Source: Nageia nagi (lineage: Eukaryota > Plantae > Pinophyta). Taken from it: 64,000 bases of DNA. Below, in pieces: positions 24,280 to 37,590 of the stretch; the first letter of the stretch is position 1, and each line of letters begins with the position of its first letter. The notes under the pieces were generated by a model. That model ran no database searches. It had not been told where the DNA came from and was given only the letters and a program-made list of their open reading frames with translations. The stretch lies in NCBI GenBank assembly GCA_050084985.1, contig JBITNC010000001.1:185504001-185568000 (forward strand), read 5' to 3'. A program made the translations under genes and the position numbers.

Positions 24280-25270
24280 ATTTGGTGTGATAGTTTATCA
24301 TGGAATGGTCATATGATATGCACATAATGGATACATTGAAAGGAATTATGAATTATTTGACAAAATTCCTCATCGAGATGCAATCTCATAGACAAAAATG
24401 ATCCCATGATATGCATAAAATGGATTTTTTAAAAAAGAATCTAGAGACTTTTAAGCAGATGTAATTTTCATATGTAAAGCCAAACTCTATATTATTTTCT
24501 AACATTCTTACAATATATTACACCATGGGAGCTCTCAAATAAGGTATAAACATCCATAAAATAGTAGGTTAAAATGGCTTCTCATTGAATATTGTGCTTG
24601 TGAACACCCTGATAGATATGTATACAAAATGTGGAAGAATACATAAGGTTAAGAATTCTTTGAAAATATGCTTGGTGCACATATAGTTTCATGGATTGCA
24701 ATTATTATAGGATATGCAATTCATGGCTGTGGTAAGGATTATCTAAAACTCTTTAATAAAATGAAGTACTTGAGAACCAAACTTGACATCATAACCTTTA
24801 TATGTGTTCTACTTCTATCTAGTCACATAGGTCTAGTGGATGAGGGTCATACAAACTTTAATAGCACAAGTAACTTTTATTACATTAGGATGAATAATTA
24901 TACATGCATTTATGAACTTTTTGGTTATGGAGGATATCTTGAGGAAGCTTTAAATTTCATTCTCATGATTACAATGAAACCTGAATTGGATGTATGGATG
25001 TATCTTCTTGGTAATTATAGATCACATAAGAATGTAGGAATAGAGGAATCTATGGTATCAATCATTTTTTGTTGGAGCTTAAAAATGCTTAATTTTATAT
25101 TCTTCTTTCAAATAGTTATGTTGAATTGGGTAGTTGGGATGATGTTCTAAGAGTAATGGCATTGATGAAATATAGAGAAATAAAGAAGATACTTGGATGT
25201 ACTTGGATTGAAGTTGAAAAAAGGGTCATGATAGATCATATCTAAAAATACAAGTCATCAGTGGGGTATA
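24280..25270 (+). pseudogene. PLS-class PPR pseudogene, C-terminal repeats plus E domain
   Basis: ELFDKIPHRDAIS*T; ETFKQM..VKPNS; MGAL..G..IH; NTLIDMYTKCGRI; SWIAIIIGYAIHG; ITFICVL..SHIGLVDEG; MKYREIKKILGCTWIEV. Confidence 0.92.
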
Positions 25271-25544
25271 TTCCAAATACAATACTTATTTTTTTAATAC
25301 TATGATTTCAAATGGATATTTGTAAAAGCCTTATTTTTTAATACTATAGTTTCATGTTATTAAACTATTTTTTAGGAATCTTATACAATTGTAGAGTAAT
25401 GTCATAGTTGTATTTCAAGCAAGCAAGGACCTATGCATAGCATGAAGGAAAGAATCCTATAGTTGTAATGTAGTTAGCCAAGGATCCTATAGTTGTATTG
25501 ATTACCATGATCCCATATTTTTATTAAAGGAATATAAGAATTTA

Positions 25545-25835
25545 GGTATAACAAACCAAATAGATATGTATGAAAAATGTGGGAGTATTAAGATGATAAT
25601 GGATTTGTTTATAGAATGGGGCATGGAAAAATAACTAGATGTGGGTTTCTTTCATATGAAATTATAATAACAACCCTAATAGGCATGCATGAAAAATGTG
25701 GGAGAATTAATATGGCAAGGGTTTTGTTTGAATAAAATTAGGTATCAACAAAAAACTAGATGTGGGTTTCTTTCACATGAAGCTATAATAAAAACACTAC
25801 TAGACATGTATGCAAAATGGGACATGGAAAAAATA
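25545..25835 (+). repeat. ~120 bp PPR-derived subrepeat, about 2.5-3 copies (also at 28455-28745)
   Basis: Unit reads CGFLSxE..TTLxDMYAKCGxI..AR.LF..MG. Confidence 0.8.
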
Positions 25836-26519
25836 GGGTCTTATTTTCTTTGTACCTTAACTAGTATGGATATGGAGTCATATGCCTTGTGCTTCATACC
25901 TTCCTTGCCCTAGTTTCCTTGAATTTAAAGGATTTTCTACAATTTCATGACTGATTAGTATTGTATTACACAAACAATGCAATACTATATAGACATGTTG
26001 GGATTTTAGATAATGTTATGAATTCATATCTTGACTAGTATGGTGATGGATTCATCTATCTTGTTTTCCCTCTTTTCCTCTAATTTGTTGCCAATTTATA
26101 CAATACATGTATGGTTGACCTAATTAATTGTGCTATGACTAAAAAAATACATTAGATATGACTTAGTACCTTAAAATACTTTACAGGAAATGGTGGTAGC
26201 TCTATCACCTAGTTAGAGTGGTAGCAAATCTTTTTCTCCTAGTACTCTATAGTGGGATGAAGTGGAAGTGGACTTTTTCATGGGAGTGAGAAGCAAAAAA
26301 TAAATTTTTGTAAGGTCACCAAATTTTGCAATGTGCCTACCCAAATTCTTCTTTTTGAAGGCAACTAAATTTTACTATGCTTTTTAACCATCATTAGATT
26401 ACATTTAAGAATAATTTATCATCATCTTAAAAAGCTATGTTGCTTATCAATAGATTTATTTATTATAATATAAAATGATGATTTTAAGTTATCGTTAAGG
26501 AACCATGTAAATTTTCTGT

Positions 26520-27965
26520 CATTGAACCCAATTTTGGTGTGGTGTATGATGAAGAGGAAGTTCAAATAATTGATTCTAAAGAAGTTATCGAGATGATGGT
26601 AAATTTTACCCCTAATCCTATAGTTTTATCTTCAATATTAGCTTTATTAGCTACATATTATACTTATTTGACCCATGATGAAGATATAACTCAGGATGAT
26701 GATGTTGAAGAAGTTATTCTAATGTAAAAAGTGGCTAAAGAGAATACTAAGTATTTAGAAAGGGAACAAACTAGATCCATAAGAAAGAAGAGTATCACAC
26801 CATAGAAGATATCATCATGTTCTGATAGGGTATCAAGTAGGCATGAGTCTAAGTTAGTAAATGGAGGATATGATGAATCAGATAAAGAATAAGATGAAGA
26901 GAGGAAGAAAAATAGGAGACAAGATGAGCATGATGAAAATATAAAAAAAATATAAGTGATTGAATTTGAAGACTCATATTCTTTTCAACAATTAAGCTCT
27001 TCCAATTTGTTAAAGAAGATAGATTTTGATATTTATTTAAAAAGCATACAAGATATCAACAATAGTAGTGACAAAGAAGACCAATTATTCTAAGAAAATA
27101 AAGAAAGGTGCTAGATAATTGGGAAGTGTTATTGATTTTTATAAAAAGGGAAAATGCAAATTAGTAAACTCTCCACCAATGTTAAAAGACCTAGATATTT
27201 TGACTATTTCTTACATCTTGCTAATATACATGTTTAAATGGAAAACATTGATTCTAATATTTATCATATGGATGATAGTTGGCTTTAATAGATTCATATA
27301 GTGGTAGGGATTAAAAGGTCAATCATAGATTATAATGATCCACTACATGAATATTTTAATGATTCCTTTTTTCTTTTGTGATTGATTAGCAATTGCTAGT
27401 TTGAGGTACTTAGTTTTCAAAGAAAGGGTACATGAAAATTATCATAATGAAAAATAATTCCTATGATAAACATTTATTATCTAAAATAAAATGGATATTA
27501 GAGAGACAAATATGATATCAAAAAATGAATTAATGAAAAAATAGAGAAATTGTTGAAGATAGAATATATTAGTTACAATTGGAATCCACCTATGTGAAAG
27601 CTTATAATGAGTTTTTAATAAGGGTTATTAAAATTTAGGAGCTACAAAAGAATTTAAGAAAGTGGGTAGATAATTTCATGATGTGAAAATTACATAATTT
27701 CAAGGTTGGAAGAGACAAAGCTTTGCAATTTGTAAGTAGAGATCTTCAAAATAAATTTGAAGAAATGCAATATGTTAAATAATTGATGAAAAGCTAGCTT
27801 ATTTTGTTTAAATTGGAAAAAGGACTTAATTGATTTTTATACAATTTTCCATAGAGTTAGTCAAAATTATTAGCATGTTTTCTAAAGGTAGTGAATTTTT
27901 CTAGAAGGTGGTTAGGGTTTTGAGGGTAGTTATGAAGATATTCAGGGTTTTGATGAGATGAAACT
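26520..27965 (+). pseudogene. C-terminal fragment of the accessory ORF family, copy C
   Basis: LLKKIDFDIYLKSIQDINNSSD resembles WLEGVDFNSYLKILQAMSKSD of copy B; LESTYVKAYNEF resembles LLDTLYHAYDVL. Confidence 0.6.
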
Positions 27966-29439
27966 ACCTTTTTACTTTTAATACATTATTCTTTAGATGA
28001 ATTATTATACATGCATTGATTACCTTCTTGGTTATGTAAGCTATCTTGAGGAAGTTTTGAACTTCAATGTTAAGATATCAATGAAACTTAAATTAGACAT
28101 GTGGATGAATCTACTTGGTACAGGAATAGGGGAATTTGTGGCAACAATCCTTTTTTTGTTGGAGCCTAAAAATGCATCATATTTTATTAAACTACTTATG
28201 TGTTTTAATAATATGATTTTAAATGGATATTTATGAAAGCCTTAATTTTTAATACTATAGTTTCATGCCATTGAACTATTTTTTAGGAATCTCATACAAT
28301 TGTAGAGTGATCTCGCTATTATATTGCAAATAGGAAGGGATCTATGCATAATAGCTAGGCAAGGATCCTATAGTTGTAATGTAGGTAGGAAAGTATCTTA
28401 TATTTGTATTGAATACCATAATACCATAGTTTTATTAAATGAAGACATGAATTAATGTAAAAGAACCCTGATAGGCATGTATATAAAATGTGGGGGCATT
28501 AAGATGACAAGGGATTTGTTTAAAGAATGGGGCATGGAAAAATAAATAAATGTAGGTTTATTTCATAAGAAATTATGATAACAACCTTGATAGATATGTA
28601 TGTAAAATGTGAGAGAATTAATATGGTAAGGGTTTTGTTTGAACAAAATGGGGTATGGATAAAACACTAGATGTGGGTTTCTTTCAAATGAAACTACAAT
28701 AACAACCCTACTAGACATGCATGCAAAATAGGGCATGAAAAAAATTAGGATTTGTTTGCTTTGTACCTTGAACAATATGGAGATGGAGTTTTATGCCTTA
28801 TGCTTCACATCTTCCACAACTTCCTCACCCTATTTTCCTTGAATTTAGAGGATTTTCTACAATTTCATGATTGATAAGTATCGTATTATACCAACAATGT
28901 AATACTCTATGGCCATGTTAGTCTTTTAGATGAAGAAAAAGATAATGCTATGTATTCTTATGTTGACCAATATGGTGATGGATTCATATGCATCCTTGCC
29001 CTCTTTTTCCTATTTATTGCTAATTTACACAATACTTGTATGGTTGACCTTCTTAATTATGTTATGAGTAAAAAAATAACACTAGCTACAACTTAGTACC
29101 TTAACCACTTTGTAGGAAAGGATTATAACTCTATTTCTTGTTTGGAGTGGTAGAAAAGCTCTACCATTTGGTGCTATATCATGGGATGAAGTGAAAGTGA
29201 GCAAAAGTTTTTTATGAAGTGAATGTGCTTGCTATTTTTTTTAAAAGTGGTTGACTTTTATTATGCTTTTTAAATATCATTGCATTACATTTAAGGATGA
29301 TTTATTACCTCCTTAAAAATATACCTTATATATGTGCATAAAATGATAATTCTAAACTAATTAAAAAATTTGTTTATTATAATATAAAATAGTATTTCTA
29401 AGATATAATTAGGGAACAATCATAAATTTTTTATCATTT

Positions 29440-30890
29440 AAGCCTAATTTTGGTGTAGTGGATGATGAAGAGGAAGTTAAATTCATTGATTCTAAAGAGA
29501 AAGTTGAGATGATGGTAAATGTTACCCCTCTTCCTATATTTTCATCTTCAAGATTAGCTTTATTAGTTACATATTCTACTTCTTCAACACATGATGAAGA
29601 TATAACTCAAAATGATGATGTTGGAAAAGTTGTTATAATATAACAAGTGGCTACAAAGACTACTTAGTCTTTAGAAATCGCCCAAACTATATCCATAAGA
29701 AAGAAGAGTAACACATCATAGAAGATATCATCAAGTTCTACTAAGGTATCAAGTGGGAAAGAGTGTAAGTTAGTAAATGGAGGATATGATAAAGAGGATA
29801 AAGAAAACTATGAAGAAAGGAAGAAAAAGAGGATACATGATTAGCATGATGAATAAATAACAAAATATAAACAAGTGATTAAAATTGAATACTCATATTC
29901 TATTCAATAATTAAGCTCTTCCAATTTATTGAAGAAGATAGATTTTGATATTTATTTGAAAATAATCCAAGATATCAACAATAGTAGTGATAAAGAACAC
30001 TAATTATTCTAAGAAAGTAAACAAAGGTTCTATATAATTGGGAAGTTCTATTGATTTTTATAGAAGAGGAAAAATTAAAATTAGTAAACTCTCCACCAAT
30101 GTTAAAAGACACAAAGATTTCAACTATTTTTTGCATCTTTCTTAAATACATGTTGAAGTGGAAATGATTGATGCTAATATATTTCCTATGGATGATAATT
30201 GGTTTTCATAGATTCATATATTGGTAGGGATTAACAGTTAAATCATAGATGATAATGATCTACTACATAAAGATTCCTTTTTCCTTTATGATTGACTAGC
30301 AATTTCTAGTTCAAGGTACTTAGTTTCCAAAGAAAGGGTACATGAAAATTATCATAATGCAAAATAAGTCCTATGATTAACATTGATTATCTAAATGATA
30401 ATGGATATTGGAGAAAAAAAGATGATATCAAACAACAAATTAAGGAATAAAATAGAGAAATTATTTAAGATAAGAAGATTTTTAGTTACTTCAGGAATCC
30501 ACTTACATGAAATCTTATGATGAGTTTGTAATATGGCTTACTAAAATTCAAAAGCTACAAAATAATTTGAGAGAGTGGGTAGACAACTTCATATTGTATG
30601 AATTTCATAATTTCAAGCTTGGAAGAGAAAAAGCTTTGCAATTTGTAAGTAGAGATATTCAAAAGAAAATTGAGGAAATACAAAGTGTTAAATAATTGAT
30701 AAAAAGACTAGTTTATTTTGTTTGAATTGGAAAAAGGACTTAATTTATTTTTATCCAATTTTCTACAAATATATTCAAAATTCTTAGCATATTTTTTAAA
30801 CATAGTCAAGTTTTAAATAAGGTGGTTAGGGTTTTAAAAGTAGTTATGAAGATAGTCAGGGTTTTGATGATATACAACTACCTCTTGAGG
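29440..30890 (+). pseudogene. C-terminal fragment of the accessory ORF family, copy D
   Basis: Tandem duplicate of copy C (ORFs 29458-29643 and 30507-30695). Confidence 0.6.
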
Positions 30891-32248
30891 TATAAAAAGA
30901 TTTATACTCAACCACCCATTTGACTACCTAGTCCACTTAATCCATTTGTTATACCTACTCCACCTCTTTCTTCTTCTCCATATACTCTTGTAATAAAATT
31001 CATAGGAGCCTTTCCCAAATATTGAGTTAGTTATTATATAAAAATATTTTACTTTTCAATTGACCAAAATGGGCATTTGGTGGCATATCTAAACCCCCAC
31101 CAAATATCATTAGTGGTAGTCAATGACTTCTATCATTGAGGGTATCGCTAAAAGTCCTGACTCTATAGTGGAAGGTCAAACTTGCCTTTCTTCCAAAAAT
31201 TGCCATCATGGCTTTATTAGCTATATATATATATATATAATAAAAGTTGTGTATACTTGATCAACTCTTGTTTTTCACTAAGTACATGAACTTTAGTCTT
31301 GAAGTATAAAAAACATCATATTGTATGAATTAAGGTCTTAGCATTACTTAAACATAATTATGGAATTAGTCAAAGTATAACCCTTCTTAATTAGATTAAT
31401 GTAAACATAAAAACATTTCTATCTGAATTCTATATTAGAGATCATAACTCAAGTAAGATCCATATGTATGGAATTTTATACAATATGATAATGTTATGAC
31501 TAGTCATCAATTCACAACATGTTGATTATTGTAACCAATCTCATAGTCCACTCGTCATAAGCCAATTCATCATGTTTTTCTTATGAAGTGATCTCATTAT
31601 GTAGTTTATCACAATTAAATGATATCCTAAACAATGCATCATAAAAAAGGTATGAAATATTATCTTAGAATCTATATCATTTTTACAAAAAATAGTATTT
31701 GTAGCATCATAATTTTTGAGGTTTACAATATTTTCCATACAAATACAAAACTATAACATTATCACACAAATGTTAACTTGTTACAATAATACACCATTGT
31801 AATTCTTGGTATTTTTATCCATATACTAGAATTAGGGCCTAGATGGCCAATGCAAACATAAGAACAAGATAATATGATGAATCCAAATAAAATAAGTACA
31901 CAAAATGATTAAAGAAATAGTAAGAGTTGGTCTTCTCTCCACATAACAAAGTAAATCAGTTACTTGTAAGCCCTTCTTTAACATGCATTGTTCATTGAGT
32001 TTTTTTTTTGTTTCAAGTTTTTATTATTTCATATTTTATATTATGCACCTCCTTATATAGATATACACTCTCAAATTGTATAATATTCTTAAAAAATAGT
32101 TGAACAATCAATAACTTATCTACTTGTACAAATATTTAATAATAACACTTTTTGAAAAAATGAAATGGAGCATAGTTTTCTTTCTAATTGAAAGAATGCA
32201 CCATGTTATTTTGCAATATTATTTTGATCTTGCATTTCTTAATTTTCA

Positions 32249-32329
32249 TTAACAATAATCTCCACAAGAACATTCTCCATGTTTGAAATGATGGAATCGG
32301 TTCACATCCCTCACAATAATGTCCCTTTC
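32249..32329 (-). pseudogene. DYW domain C-terminus remnant 1
   Basis: [26 protein letters not shown] (cf. REIIVRDxxRFHHFxxGxCSCxDYW*). Confidence 0.9.
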
Positions 32330-33199
32330 TTGGAAATATGTCATGAATGTTTTTATAAGAAAATAATTTATGTTATGTTCTTAGTGGGAAAACATAATTT
32401 ACATGAATTATATAATAAATTTGAATTCTACAAATGAATAACTTGATTAGTATAAATATCAACAAAGTAGTTTCAACTTTTTCTCATAAAACTTACTCAC
32501 ATTACATCAAAAAGTTGTTGATTATTGAAGACAACAATGCAACCATACAAAATAAATTCAAGGAGATATAATCCATATTAAAATTAGATAAAAATTAATA
32601 TTATATAACCTCTTAAAACAAAAACTTTAATTATGACAAGTTTGGTTATAACAACCATGAAATGTAGCCAAAAAAATAGTAAAAAAATGTAGTAGAAATC
32701 TACATGAATTTGTATCATATATTGGGAATGTTTTATGTAAAAAATGAAGCAAATGGATGCCCAAAAATAATATATAAACTCCCCCAAATATGAATCCTTA
32801 TATCCAATCAAGAAAAGATTATATTATCATACAAAACTAGTTACAAAATTGGGAAGAGTAAAGCTGTGAATTTCATTATTGAACCAACCATGTAATGTTA
32901 ATAAATACAAGATGTATCATGAAAAATAAAATAATAATTATATGATTATAATACTCTATTATAATTTAACATAATATAAAACTAAACTCTCTATATTATG
33001 ATAGTTGTGACAACATTCAACACATGGAGGAAAAAACTAAGACTAACATAAATGATAAAAGAGAAAATAAAACTAGAATGTGCAAGTATGAGTTGTAAAG
33101 AATTAAACATGATAAAGGGAGTGAAAAATGATAAATAAAAAAATAAAGTGTTGCACACAATTCCAACCACATTCAAATTTGCATCATTCTTCAATAATA

Positions 33200-35160
33200 A
33201 AATTGATCTTTGTAAGACTTATAAGTCAAACTTATCACTTCTATGACTAAAAAAATCCCAATAATCAAATCTAGACAATAATTTTTAGTACTTAAATATA
33301 TAAAACATGTTCTATTTACATCCAAAAAATTATTGGTATTTTTATCCATGTATAGTGTAAAATATACAACAAATTTTAAAGAACTTATAACATAGAATAT
33401 GAAAAATAAAATATTACTTTGAAAATTGCAAAAATTGTTTCTTCCAAATGTTGTTCACTTCTAAATGTAATCAACAATATTGTCTATTTGTAAATTTTTT
33501 TAATAGAAATACTTTTTGAAAAAAAAAATGAAATGCATTTTTCTTTCTACCTAAAAGCATGCATCATGTCATTGTGCAAGACTCTTTATATTTGACATTA
33601 CTTTGCATCAACAATAATATCCATAAGAACATTCTCAATGTTTGAACTAATGAAATCAATTCACATCCTTCACAAAAATGTCCCTTACAACAACACCCTA
33701 GTATACTAAAATTTGATGGAGGGAATCATATTTCCATCTCAACTCATATTATTGTTCAAATTCAAGATCCCATAAAAAAAATAATAATAAAAAGTAACTT
33801 ACAAACTCTTGGTATCAAAACTCAATAAATACACTTACGTATAAAGCTTAACTAGCTTATCATCTCTTGCTATCAAACTAAATATGTACATATATTTTTC
33901 AACTCTTTCTACCAAACTTATCAAGTTTACTTATCAACTCTTACTATCAAACTCAATAAGTACACTTATCATTTCTTGTTATTAAACTCAAAAAACAAAC
34001 TTATCGATTTATATGAATTATATAATTGAATGGATATTTGAAAGTCTTATAGAGCATAATTTTCACTTCTATCACTAAATAATTTTAATAATAAAATCTA
34101 GATAATAATTTTTAGTATTTAAATATAAAAAATATGCTTTAATTCCACCAAAAACATTCTTGGTATTTTTATCCATGGACAATGCAAAATTTGCATCAAC
34201 TTTAAAAGAACTTACTAAATAAAATTTGGTCCTAGATGGCTGATGCAAACATAAGTAGAAGCTAATTAAATTATTCCAAAGAAAATAACTACACAAAATG
34301 ATAAATAAAAGAGCTATATATAATTAAGAGTTGTTATACTCTCTTCATACCTAAATTTACATGAATTATATGATTAAATGGATCTTTGAAAGCCTTATAG
34401 ACCATACTTTTCACTTCTCTCACTAAAGAATTTTAATAATCAAATTTGGATATTAATTTTTAATAGTTAAATATACAAAACATGTTCTAATTTCACTAAA
34501 AACTTCTTGGTATTTTTATCCATGTTTACTGCAAAATCTTCATCTTTGAAAGCCTTATAAACTATAATTTTTAGTTATATCACTAAAGAATTCCAATAAT
34601 CAAATTTGGACAATAATTTTAGTAGTTAAATTTGCAACACATGACCTAATTCCACCCAAAATATTCTTCCATATTTTGTACACATATCTATCAATGCACT
34701 GATAAGCACAATATTAAATGCAAAACCATTTTCAACTACTATTTGATGTATTGTCATACCTTCTTTTAGAGCTCCCATGGTGGTGCATGCTAGAAGAATG
34801 CTAGTAAAGCTTGTAGAGTTTAGTTTTACACTTGATAATTGCATATACTTAAATATCTCTAGAACCTTTTCAAAAATTCCATTTTGTGCATATCCTATGA
34901 TTATTGTAGTCTATGAAGTTGCACATTGATGAGGCATAATTATTTTTATAATAAAATGGATCTTTGAAAGCCTTATAGACCAAAATTTTCACTTATATGT
35001 ATAAATAATTTCAATAATCAAATTTTGAAAATAATTTTTATTATTTAAATATACAAAATGTAATCTAATTCCACCCAAAAAATTATTGGTATTTTTATCC
35101 ATGAATAGTACAAAATTTTCATCGACCTATAAATAAATTACTACATAGAATATGATGAAA
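33200..35160. repeat. Locally amplified ~150 bp AT-rich repeat (5 copies plus a partial copy at ~31800)
   Basis: gatctttgaaagccttataga..cact..aataatcaaat..ttggtatttttatccatg at about 33205, 34030, 34378, 34542 and 34956. Confidence 0.88.
33608..33685 (-). pseudogene. DYW domain C-terminus remnant 2
   Basis: RDIFVKDVN*FH*FKH*ECSYGYYC*; shares 3' flank with remnant 1 (32145-32250 vs 33505-33610). Confidence 0.85.
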
Positions 35161-36390
35161 AACCATTTTTAACTATTCTCTTATGGATTTTGAATATTGG
35201 GCTTGTGTATTCTTCCATATATTTTGTATACATATATATCATGGCATCACAACCATAATATGTGATGAAAAACCATTTTCAACTACTCTTTTATGGATGT
35301 CCATACCTTCTTCAAGAGCTCCCATGGTGTCATACATTGGAAAAAAGTTGAAAAAGGTTACAGAGTCTGGCTTTACACTTGATAATTGCATTTGCTTAAA
35401 TGTATATAGGGCCTTATCAAAAAACCTATTTTATGCCTATCCTATGATCATTCATCTTGTCAAATAATTCCCAGGCCTTATGTATTCATACACATTTTGC
35501 ATACATGTGTATTAGGGCATTTGCAACCATAATTTTTAATGAAAAACCATTTTCAAATTCTCTTTGATGGATGCCCATACCTTATTCGAGAGCTCCCATG
35601 GTGGAACATGTTGGAAGAAATCTATAAAATATAATAGAGTTTGGATTTCCATCTAGTAATTACATTTGCTTAAAATTCTCTAATGCATTCTTAGAAAACC
35701 CATTTTTTGCATATCTTGTGATCATTGTAGTCCATGAGACTATATCTCGATGAGGCATTTTATCAAACAATATGCTTACCTTATCTATTGTTCCATATTT
35801 TTGCATACATATCTCCTAGAGTACTCACAACCATAACATCTGATATAAATCCACTTTTAAATATTCTTTGATATATGTATAAACTTTGTTGTGAATCTCC
35901 TAGCTTAGTGCATGCTATGAGAATGCTCAAAAAGGTGAATTGATTTGGTTGTATTGTTGTTGTTATTTATTGCATTTGGTTCTTTGATAATTGGAAATTA
36001 TCATATTTCATGAGTTGGGATTTTTTTTATTCATACAATTGATAACTTCTTAGGTTTTTTCCAAACTTACATAGTTATCATACATGTGGTTAAGTCTATC
36101 TTACAAAGAATTGAGAGTAGACTGACCAAGTTTAAGTCCAATGTGATTGATGAGTGCATGGAGGAGCTTTCCATATGCAAGGGTATTTTTTTTATGTATA
36201 ATTTTAAGATATATTTAAGAGCATAGAGAGTAGTGTGCATTTGTATTTGTAGTAAATAAAATGTGCATTGCATCCTTAAAACACCTATATCAACATAGTT
36301 TTGTGAGAGTAATATTAATATCATTTTGATGGGTATGTGATAAGATTTTATGATTGTGAAAGTATGAACAACAAAAGTCAATTACCTTCC
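34660..36390 (-). pseudogene. PLS-class PPR pseudogene, N-terminal half, interrupted and internally deleted
   Basis: GKLLHALI (~36160); three P-L-S triplets of the type QMQL..VKxxSxTFxSIL.AC.TMGALE.GM.IHQ..VENGF...LIDMYxKxG (ORF 34626-34844 and others). Confidence 0.92.
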
Positions 36391-37350
36391 AAAGTGGAGG
36401 TGGAGGTGGTCTTATGACCATCTATTTCTATCTCTATTAATATACAATTTTGATTACAAAGAGTGAATGTAATATCAAGCTATGTAATATCAAGAGGATT
36501 TACACACCTGTATAAACTTTATAAATCCCCTAGTTTGGTGTATTATTTGAGCATTGGGGGGGAAGAGTGGGTCACCATTAGGAAATGGTAAATATAACAT
36601 GATTCCTACCAGGGGGTTTTTAATATAAAGTTAAGTTATCAGTATATCCATAAGTATTTTATAGGAGGGGGGTAGGGATTATCTATTTATTATCAAATTG
36701 ATCATGAAATTATCTATTTAAATAATTGATTTCATGTCTATTAGCTATATATTTTAGAAAAAGGTTATCCATAAAATATAATTAACCACATATCATTTGT
36801 GTATCTCAAAACCTTTTCACCACTCCCTTATCTCCTCCTTCATTCTGCTTCCCTTCACATGTTGATCGAATTTTGTTATAGTTTTCTTATAGTGTGTATA
36901 TGTTAAGTGATTTTTGGTATGATCATTTTTTTTACTTTCAACTGATCTTACTTTGCATGTTACTTTTTCAAATAAATAATTTTTCACTCTATATTAGGAG
37001 TCATCATTTTGGGTGACTTTAAATAATCACTACTACATTTTAGTGATTTTGCATCATACCATGCATCATAAAATTGTATTTTGACATCATGATGCAAGAT
37101 GCATCACTATTTTGCATGTCTACATCAATCTAGATAAAACCATTTTTTTGATGTATTATTTGATGAATTACTTGATGCATTATTTTACATATTGCTTGAT
37201 GCATTACTTGATGCATTATTTGATGTATTATTTGATCCATTTTAGTGCATCAAGCAATACATTAACTGATACATGGAATAGAAAAAAAAGGCATGAATCA
37301 TGCACATAGATCATGGCATGATCTACCATCAACCTTTGATGCATTCCCTT

Positions 37351-37590
37351 GATCTACGATAGAGTTTTAATGTTGGGTATGATGCCATTGATGAGTAAAT
37401 GAAGGATATTTCCCTTTGTAAGTGTATTTTTAGGGATACAAGTTTACATTTTTCATGATACAGGTCTACAGGAGATGAAGACAAGTTAGAGAATGTATAT
37501 AGTAGTGTGTATATGAATTTTGTGGTAAGAAAATATACATTGCATGCTTCAACCACTCACAAATTTAGTAGAGAAGGACCTCAAATTTTG
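37351..37590 (+). pseudogene. Possible NB-ARC winged-helix (RNBS-D region) fragment of an NLR gene
   Basis: FNVGYDAIDE*MKDISLCKCIF (cf. LKISYDALDxxEKxIFLDIACFF) followed at plausible spacing by LTNLVEKDL (cf. LxxLxxKSL). Confidence 0.4.

Larger units (their letters stand above)
24875..30885 (+). repeat. ~3.0 kb diverged tandem duplication (unit 1 ~24875-27970; unit 2 ~27975-30885)
   Basis: Collinear matches at 24890/27997, 25292/28203, 26539/29458, 27000/29938 and 27905/30819. Confidence 0.93.

Noticed and set aside
24668-25150. 160 aa PPR ORF as a functional gene
   Set aside because: It is an internal piece of a frameshifted, stop-riddled PPR, and conserved residues are degraded
27905-27950. 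ttagggtttt motifs as telomeric repeats
   Set aside because: Isolated single motifs within the duplicated ORF fragment, with no TTTAGGG array
33200-35160. Repeat-spacer-like array with gene-fragment spacers
   Set aside because: Units are ~150 bp, diverged and irregularly spaced, which fits local rearrangement rather than a CRISPR-like array
37112-37309. ORF with repeated LMHY/LMYY
   Set aside because: Translation of a 12 bp subterminal DNA microrepeat
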